Positions 58,895 through 64,000 of a stretch of DNA of 64,000 nucleotides are shown one piece after another. The stretch is from Bacteroidota bacterium. Lineage in GTDB: Bacteria > Bacteroidota > Ignavibacteria > UBA10030 > UBA8401. The stretch spans positions 30,217 to 94,216 of the forward strand of contig JAJYOK010000004.1 of assembly GCA_021796215.1 (NCBI GenBank). The letters are read 5' to 3'. The notes below the pieces were generated by a model. That model saw nothing but the letters and a program-made list of their open reading frames with translations, was not told the DNA's origin and searched no databases. The translations under genes and the position numbers were made by a program. The first letter of the stretch is position 1, and each line of letters starts with the position of its first letter.

Positions 58895-61800
58895 ATGTTA
58901 GATGAGATAAAAAAGAAAATTTTTTCTGCTCCGGAGTTCTTACAACTCGCTCAACACTCATTCTCTGACCGTGAGCCTGTCATAGTGCACGGTATCGCCG
59001 GTTCACTTCGTGCGTTTGTAGCATCATTTCTCTTTGAAGAATTTTCCGGGCAGATCGTGATTGTCGCTTCGGAAAAAGATACCGCCGAACAATTACGCGA
59101 CGATTGCGCACAGCTTTTGTCGGATTCAAATGTGCATTTGTACACCATCGAACCGCTTCATGATGCACAATCACTTGATATGACTGCGCCGATCAATCAG
59201 GTGGAAACGCTGCGTGCATTGAGTGCAAACGCGGCTGGCATTTACGTGACGCATGCGACAGCGCTGGCATACAGTGTTCCGGGGAAAAAAGATTTTTCAG
59301 CGTCGGTGATTGAGCTGAGCGTGCATTCGGAAATTCCATTTCAACAGTTTCTTGACAGGCTTACCGAGCGCGGCTTTGAGCGCACGCCGCTGGTCGAATC
59401 GTACGGCGATTTTGCCGTGCGCGGCGGAATCGTGGATGTATTTCCTTTTATCGGTGAACATCCGGTGCGGCTGGAATTTTGGGGCGACACAGTTGAATCC
59501 ATCCGTGAGTTCGATGCGCTGTCGCAGCGTTCGATTCGCGAACTGCAGTCGGTCAGCATTGTTCCCGACATGAAGAAACTCACTGCCACTTCGGAGAAAT
59601 TACCGCTGACAGAATTGTTTTCTTCAGACCTGCCTGCCGGACAGCCAGGAGCGCTTTTTATTCTCGACGATCCTCAGCTTCTTGAAAAAGAATTTCAGGA
59701 ATTGGAGTCCGAGGGTGTGGCAACGGATTTTTCTTTCGCCGATATCATGCCGCGGATTGAAAAATTCCCACGCTGCGTACATTCAGTGCTTCATAAATCT
59801 TCTGAAAACAACATTGACTTTCATTCTCTTTCTCAACCCACTTGTAACGGCAGCGTGAAAATTTTTCTAAGCCACGCCGCGGAATTTTCTTCCAAAGGAT
59901 TTGATGTTGTCGTCACATCAGATACTCAGGGGGAACTGGACAGAATTCAGGAGTTGATTGAAGAAGAAGCGGTTCGAGGCTCGGGATTCGAGTTCCGAGA
60001 TGAGATACCTGAAAATGAAGACTCTCAGTCCTTCAGCTCTGAATATCAGGATTCGCGCCACAGACCTCAAACCACAAACCTCAAACCTGCTTTTCCGATT
60101 CGCTACTCCACAGAATCATTCCATTCAGGTTTCGTTTTTCCTTCCGCACGCACAGCGCTGTTCACCGAGCATGAAATTTTCGGACGTATCAAGCGGCGCG
60201 GCGTTCAGAAACGACGGCGTTTTAAAGGCATCTCGCAAAAAGAATTGCAGTCGCTTCACCGCGGCGATTTTGTCGTTCATGTTGATCACGGCATCGGAAA
60301 ATTTATTGGACTTCAAAAGATCAGAGTCGGAGGAACGGAACAGGAAGCTGCGAAGCTCGAATATGCCGAACAGGGAATCCTTTTCGTCAATCTGAATTAT
60401 ATCAACCGGATTCAAAAGTATTCTTCAGCCGAAGGGCGCATTCCGCTTCTTAATAAATTAGGAAGTGCAGAATGGGAAAAATTAAAATCGCGTGCCAAGA
60501 AAAAGATCAAAGACATCGCCCGCGACTTGATTCTGCTTTATGCAAAACGAAAACACGAACCCGGATTTTCCTTTTCACACGATTCGCATTGGCAGAAGGA
60601 AATGGAAGCATCATTCATTTTTGAAGACACGCCTGACCAGGCAAAGGCAACGCTCGATGTAAAGGCGGACATGGAAATCGCGAACCCGATGGATCGGCTG
60701 ATCTGCGGCGACGTCGGATTCGGAAAAACTGAAGTTGCCGTGCGGGCGGCGTTCAAAGCAGTGCAGGACGGAAAACAAGCAGCTGTGCTTGTTCCGACAA
60801 CAATTCTTGCACAGCAGCATTTTGTCACATTTTCGGATCGGCTTCACCGTTATCCGGTACGCATCGAATCGCTTTCACGATTCAAATCTGCAAAAGAACA
60901 GAAAAAGATTTTGGAAGATTTGAAATCCGGCACGGTGGATATCGTCATTGGAACGCATCGCCTGCTTTCGAAAGATGTTGCGTTCAAGGAACTCGGTTTG
61001 TTGATCATTGATGAAGAGCAGCGGTTCGGCGTAGCGGCAAAAGAAAAATTACGCAAAATGAAATCTGTCGTTGACACTCTTTCGCTCACGGCGACACCGA
61101 TTCCGCGCACGCTTCATTTTTCGCTCATGGGCGCGCGCGATCTGTCCATTATCAACACACCGCCTCGAAATCGGCTGCCGATTTATACTGAGATTGCGCA
61201 GTTCGACAAAAAACTGATTCGTGAAGCGGTGCTGCGGGAAATCCATCGCGGCGGCCAAGTATTCATTGTCAACGACCGCATTAGCAATATTGATATGTTC
61301 ACCGCGACGCTTCAGGAATTTATTCCCGAAGCGAAATTTCGAATTGCCCACGGACAAATGCACGGGCACGAACTGGAGAAAGTGATGGTAGAGTTCCTCG
61401 ACAAAAAATTTGATGTCCTTGTTGCAACGAAGATCATCGAATCGGGACTCGACATTCCGAACGTAAATACGATGATCATTAATCGCGCAGACCGGTTCGG
61501 GTTGGCAGAATTATATCAACTGCGCGGGCGCGTCGGCCGGTCGAATGTGCAGGCGTATGCGTACTTGCTTGTGCCGCCGATTTCTTCACTTCCGAAAGCG
61601 ACACTCCAGCGCTTACAAGCAATTGAAGAATATACTGAACTCGGCTCCGGCTTCAATCTTGCCATGCGCGATCTCGAAATACGCGGTGCGGGAAATTTGC
61701 TTGGCGCACAGCAAAGCGGATTTATTATGGAAATGGGATTCGAGATGTACACGAAAATTCTTGAAGAAGCCGTGGGCGAATTAAAGACACAGGAATTTTC

Positions 61801-62308
61801 TGAACTGTTTGCCGCTCAGCCGGCGGCAATCGCACACCAAACAGATACACTTATAGAAGCCGACCTCGATGCATACATTCCCGATTTTTATGTTGAAGAC
61901 GATTCGGAGCGGCTTGATTTTTACCGGCGGTTATACAAAGCAGCAACGCAGCGTGCAGTTGACGAGCTTCGCCTCGAGTTGCAAGATCGTTTCGGCACAC
62001 CGATAGAAGAAGCGGAAAATCTTTTTGCGCTTGCGTCGCTGCGCATTCTCGCCGCCCAAACCGGCTTTCGCAAGGTGGAGCTTAACAAGCGTACGCTGCG
62101 ATTATATTTCCCGCCCGAAACTGAAAAAGAATTTTACGAAAGCGGAATGTTTCAATCGGCGATGACAAAAGCCGGGGAACTGACATCGCCGGCGCTTACG
62201 TTGAAGCAGGAAATGAAAAATTTATTTTTGCAGGCATTTCTCTCCAAAGAATCCGGCGTTGAACGCGTGAATGAAGCGCAGGCAATTCTTGAAGCGCTGA
62301 AACAATGA
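58895..62308 (+). CDS. mfd: Transcription-repair coupling factor Mfd
   Basis: 1137 aa with UvrB-homology N-terminal domains, an RNAP-interacting domain, SF2 translocase motifs (GDVGFGKTEVA, DEEQRFGV, QLRGRVGRS) and a C-terminal D7. Confidence 0.9.
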   Translation: MLDEIKKKIFSAPEFLQLAQHSFSDREPVIVHGIAGSLRAFVASFLFEEFSGQIVIVASEKDTAEQLRDDCAQLLSDSNVHLYTIEPLHDAQSLDMTAPINQVETLRALSANAAGIYVTHATALAYSVPGKKDFSASVIELSVHSEIPFQQFLDRLTERGFERTPLVESYGDFAVRGGIVDVFPFIGEHPVRLEFWGDTVESIREFDALSQRSIRELQSVSIVPDMKKLTATSEKLPLTELFSSDLPAGQPGALFILDDPQLLEKEFQELESEGVATDFSFADIMPRIEKFPRCVHSVLHKSSENNIDFHSLSQPTCNGSVKIFLSHAAEFSSKGFDVVVTSDTQGELDRIQELIEEEAVRGSGFEFRDEIPENEDSQSFSSEYQDSRHRPQTTNLKPAFPIRYSTESFHSGFVFPSARTALFTEHEIFGRIKRRGVQKRRRFKGISQKELQSLHRGDFVVHVDHGIGKFIGLQKIRVGGTEQEAAKLEYAEQGILFVNLNYINRIQKYSSAEGRIPLLNKLGSAEWEKLKSRAKKKIKDIARDLILLYAKRKHEPGFSFSHDSHWQKEMEASFIFEDTPDQAKATLDVKADMEIANPMDRLICGDVGFGKTEVAVRAAFKAVQDGKQAAVLVPTTILAQQHFVTFSDRLHRYPVRIESLSRFKSAKEQKKILEDLKSGTVDIVIGTHRLLSKDVAFKELGLLIIDEEQRFGVAAKEKLRKMKSVVDTLSLTATPIPRTLHFSLMGARDLSIINTPPRNRLPIYTEIAQFDKKLIREAVLREIHRGGQVFIVNDRISNIDMFTATLQEFIPEAKFRIAHGQMHGHELEKVMVEFLDKKFDVLVATKIIESGLDIPNVNTMIINRADRFGLAELYQLRGRVGRSNVQAYAYLLVPPISSLPKATLQRLQAIEEYTELGSGFNLAMRDLEIRGAGNLLGAQQSGFIMEMGFEMYTKILEEAVGELKTQEFSELFAAQPAAIAHQTDTLIEADLDAYIPDFYVEDDSERLDFYRRLYKAATQRAVDELRLELQDRFGTPIEEAENLFALASLRILAAQTGFRKVELNKRTLRLYFPPETEKEFYESGMFQSAMTKAGELTSPALTLKQEMKNLFLQAFLSKESGVERVNEAQAILEALKQ

Positions 62309-62323
62309 AAGAAAAATTTTCCC

Positions 62324-62920
62324 ATGAATAAAATTACGACAGTTATTTTTGACCTTGGCAGAGTATTGATGGATATTGACTTCAGTGCATTTTCGCGCGC
62401 ACTACAATTGAACCACGGCGGCACCAGTGTTTTCTCCGAGAAAAAACTTGAATTATTGGCATTCAACTACGAAACAGGGAAAATTACAACCGACGAATTT
62501 TTTACCTCACTTGATGCATTTTTCAATAAGCGATTTTCTCGCGGACAATTATTCAACGCGTGGAACGCTATCGTTGGCGGCGAAAAAAAAGATATGACAC
62601 CAATCGTTGCGCGCATTCAGCAACAATGCCGCACGGCTATTTTGAGCAATACAAACGAAACGCACTTTCAATACGCCGCCTCGACAATACCGCTCATTCA
62701 AAAGATACCTCTTCGCTTTTTATCGTATGAAATCGGCGCCGTAAAACCCGACCCGCACGTGTACCTTCATGTTATTAACGCTTTGAATTCCGATCCGTCA
62801 GCGCTTCTTTTTATCGATGACATACCGGAAAATATCTCTGCAGCGCATGCCGCCGGAATGAAAGGAATTATTTTTCAAACACCCGCACAATTGCTCCACG
62901 AACTGGCGGCAATTTTGTAA
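62324..62920 (+). CDS. HAD-superfamily hydrolase
   Basis: 198 aa. Motif I is VIFDLGRVLMD and motifs III/IV read K...FIDDIPENI, giving a HAD-IA-like layout. Confidence 0.6.
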   Translation: MNKITTVIFDLGRVLMDIDFSAFSRALQLNHGGTSVFSEKKLELLAFNYETGKITTDEFFTSLDAFFNKRFSRGQLFNAWNAIVGGEKKDMTPIVARIQQQCRTAILSNTNETHFQYAASTIPLIQKIPLRFLSYEIGAVKPDPHVYLHVINALNSDPSALLFIDDIPENISAAHAAGMKGIIFQTPAQLLHELAAIL

Positions 62921-63197
62921 CAAAGTTTCACACTCCGGATTACACGAAAAAATATTCTTCAGTAACAGCTTTCCCAAAAAATAAACCGGGCTGGGAACAT
63001 CTATCCCCTGCTAATGATCTGTGAATTTTTTGCCCGGTCATCTGCAATGTTTGCGCACTAAATCTGAAGCCCGCATTTGATAAATGCGTAAAACTCTTCT
63101 TTTTTATCCAATTCTTTTGCTGGCACATAGCTTGCTGGTATTCTACTCAAGCAAAGTGAAACTGTGTGAATGACATGTAACTCGGAGGGAGGATAGC

Positions 63198-63608
63198 ATG
63201 GAACGAAGAACATGGTTGACGGCATTTGTGTTTGTGCTCGCACTAACGGTAACAGACAACAACAATATGTTGTCGCAACAACGCGCCAAACGCACTTATA
63301 CACTCCAGAGAATTTCTCTACAAACGTGGCGCGACCCTGACGGTATTGTGCGGCTTTCCTGGCAGCAGCCAAAAACCGGCCGCGTACAATATTATTTAAT
63401 ATATCGCGGCGTTATACACGGCGCCGCTGCGTTTACCTTAATTGATTCAACTACTTTGCTGCACTCCGCCGACGCACCACGGAATATTCCATTCCCCGAC
63501 CTGACATATTTTGTTGTCGCAAAAATGAAAGGCGGAAAAATTATTGTCAGCGTTCCTGGAATGGTAACAATGCCTGAGCGGTACGTTGCACAGCGCGGCG
63601 TGGAATAG
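63198..63608 (+). CDS. Hypothetical small secreted protein
   Basis: 136 aa with an N-terminal signal-like segment (MERRTWLTAFVFVLALTV) and no recognisable motifs. An AGGGAGG SD lies upstream. Confidence 0.35.
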   Translation: MERRTWLTAFVFVLALTVTDNNNMLSQQRAKRTYTLQRISLQTWRDPDGIVRLSWQQPKTGRVQYYLIYRGVIHGAAAFTLIDSTTLLHSADAPRNIPFPDLTYFVVAKMKGGKIIVSVPGMVTMPERYVAQRGVE

Positions 63609-63659
63609 CACGAATCATCTTCACAGTACCAAAAAGAAAATTGTTTTGTGAGAAAAAAA

Positions 63660-64000
63660 TGAAATTATTCATGGTTGTTGCAGCAATTGTTATAACGGGA
63701 ATTGCTGGATGTTCAAATTCATCGAACCCAACGGGACCGCAAACTGGTCAAGGGGAAATGAAAATGTACATGATTGATGCACCGGCAGCTTTTGATTCTG
63801 TTATCATTATGGTTGACAGTGTTGAAGTACACATGGAAAGCGAAGCCGATGATTCCATCAGTCGCGACGATTCAACCGAAAACGACAGTGACGGCGGCGG
63901 ATGGATGACTGTGAATACAATGCCGGCACAGTACGATTTGCTAACACTGCAGAACGGTGTAGCAGCAGTGCTGGGGGACACTCTGCTTCCTGCAGGACAT
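63660..64000 (+). CDS. DUF4382-like lipoprotein, 3' end off-window
   Basis: It has a lipobox (ITGIAGCSNSS) followed by MKMYMIDAPAAFDSVIIMVDSVEVH, resembling the DUF4382 N-terminus. No stop codon occurs before the window end. Confidence 0.4.

Noticed and set aside
1-64000. Search for CRISPR arrays, integrases, transposases and phage genes
   Set aside because: I saw no regularly spaced direct repeats, no recombinase or transposase-like ORFs and no phage structural genes in any frame. The window appears to be chromosomal backbone plus small accessory modules.

Overview
This 64-kb window is densely coded chromosomal DNA from a diderm (Gram-negative) bacterium that uses Shine-Dalgarno-dependent translation (GGAGG/AGGAG sites precede several starts). 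Phylum is not assignable by eye. I saw no integrase, transposase, phage gene or CRISPR array. Content, left to right:

- **1-3.9 kb:** head of the dcw cluster on the minus strand (mraZ-rsmH-ftsL-ftsI, ftsI running off the window), with three GTGGG direct repeats (putative MraZ boxes) upstream of mraZ.
- **4.2-6.9 kb:** MoaD-like C-terminal GG protein, SnoaL-like protein, a BNR/Asp-box propeller and a PhnB-like VOC protein.
- **6.4-12.7 kb:** a minus-strand stress/accessory array. It holds an ECF sigma factor with a long TPR-like C-terminal extension (ECF42-like), three DGPF/YCII-related paralogs, three VOC/PhnB-like proteins, a DoxX membrane protein and a YcaQ-like winged-helix protein. One YCII gene carries a candidate ECF-type promoter (TGTCGA-N17-CGAC).
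- **12.8-18.5 kb:** secreted Ntn (C45-like) hydrolase, LysE exporter, an N-terminally extended GT9-like glycosyltransferase, rsmA (ksgA) preceded by a 20-codon Ile/Thr-rich uORF, a PAP2 membrane protein and tandem terminators.
- **18.6-18.85 kb:** tRNA-His(GTG) and tRNA-Glu(TTC).
- **18.95-24.0 kb (most interesting):** a three-gene minus-strand operon of a signal-peptide WD40-caspase (peptidase C14), a secreted DUF4384-like protein and a CHASE2 class III adenylate cyclase, with all extracytoplasmic parts apparently facing the periplasm.
- **24.2-40 kb:** TPR proteins, murB, MBL-fold hydrolase, MmcQ/YjbR, secreted alpha/beta hydrolase, recD2, GT9 heptosyltransferase, GWxTD-like lipoprotein, a multi-TM HExxH...NEG peptidase-like/TPR membrane protein and rsmE.
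- **40-46.9 kb:** YVTN propeller, a CusRS-like two-component system followed by a secreted Met/Lys/Glu/His repeat protein (candidate Cu/Ag sponge), a hypothetical membrane protein and an APC permease.
- **46.9-58.6 kb (one minus-strand array):** an unusual Omp85-barrel protein with HExxH...NEG and PD40 propeller repeats, then rnr, tamB and a split hldE (hldC and hldA).
- **58.9-64 kb:** mfd, a HAD hydrolase, a small secreted protein and a partial DUF4382-like lipoprotein.
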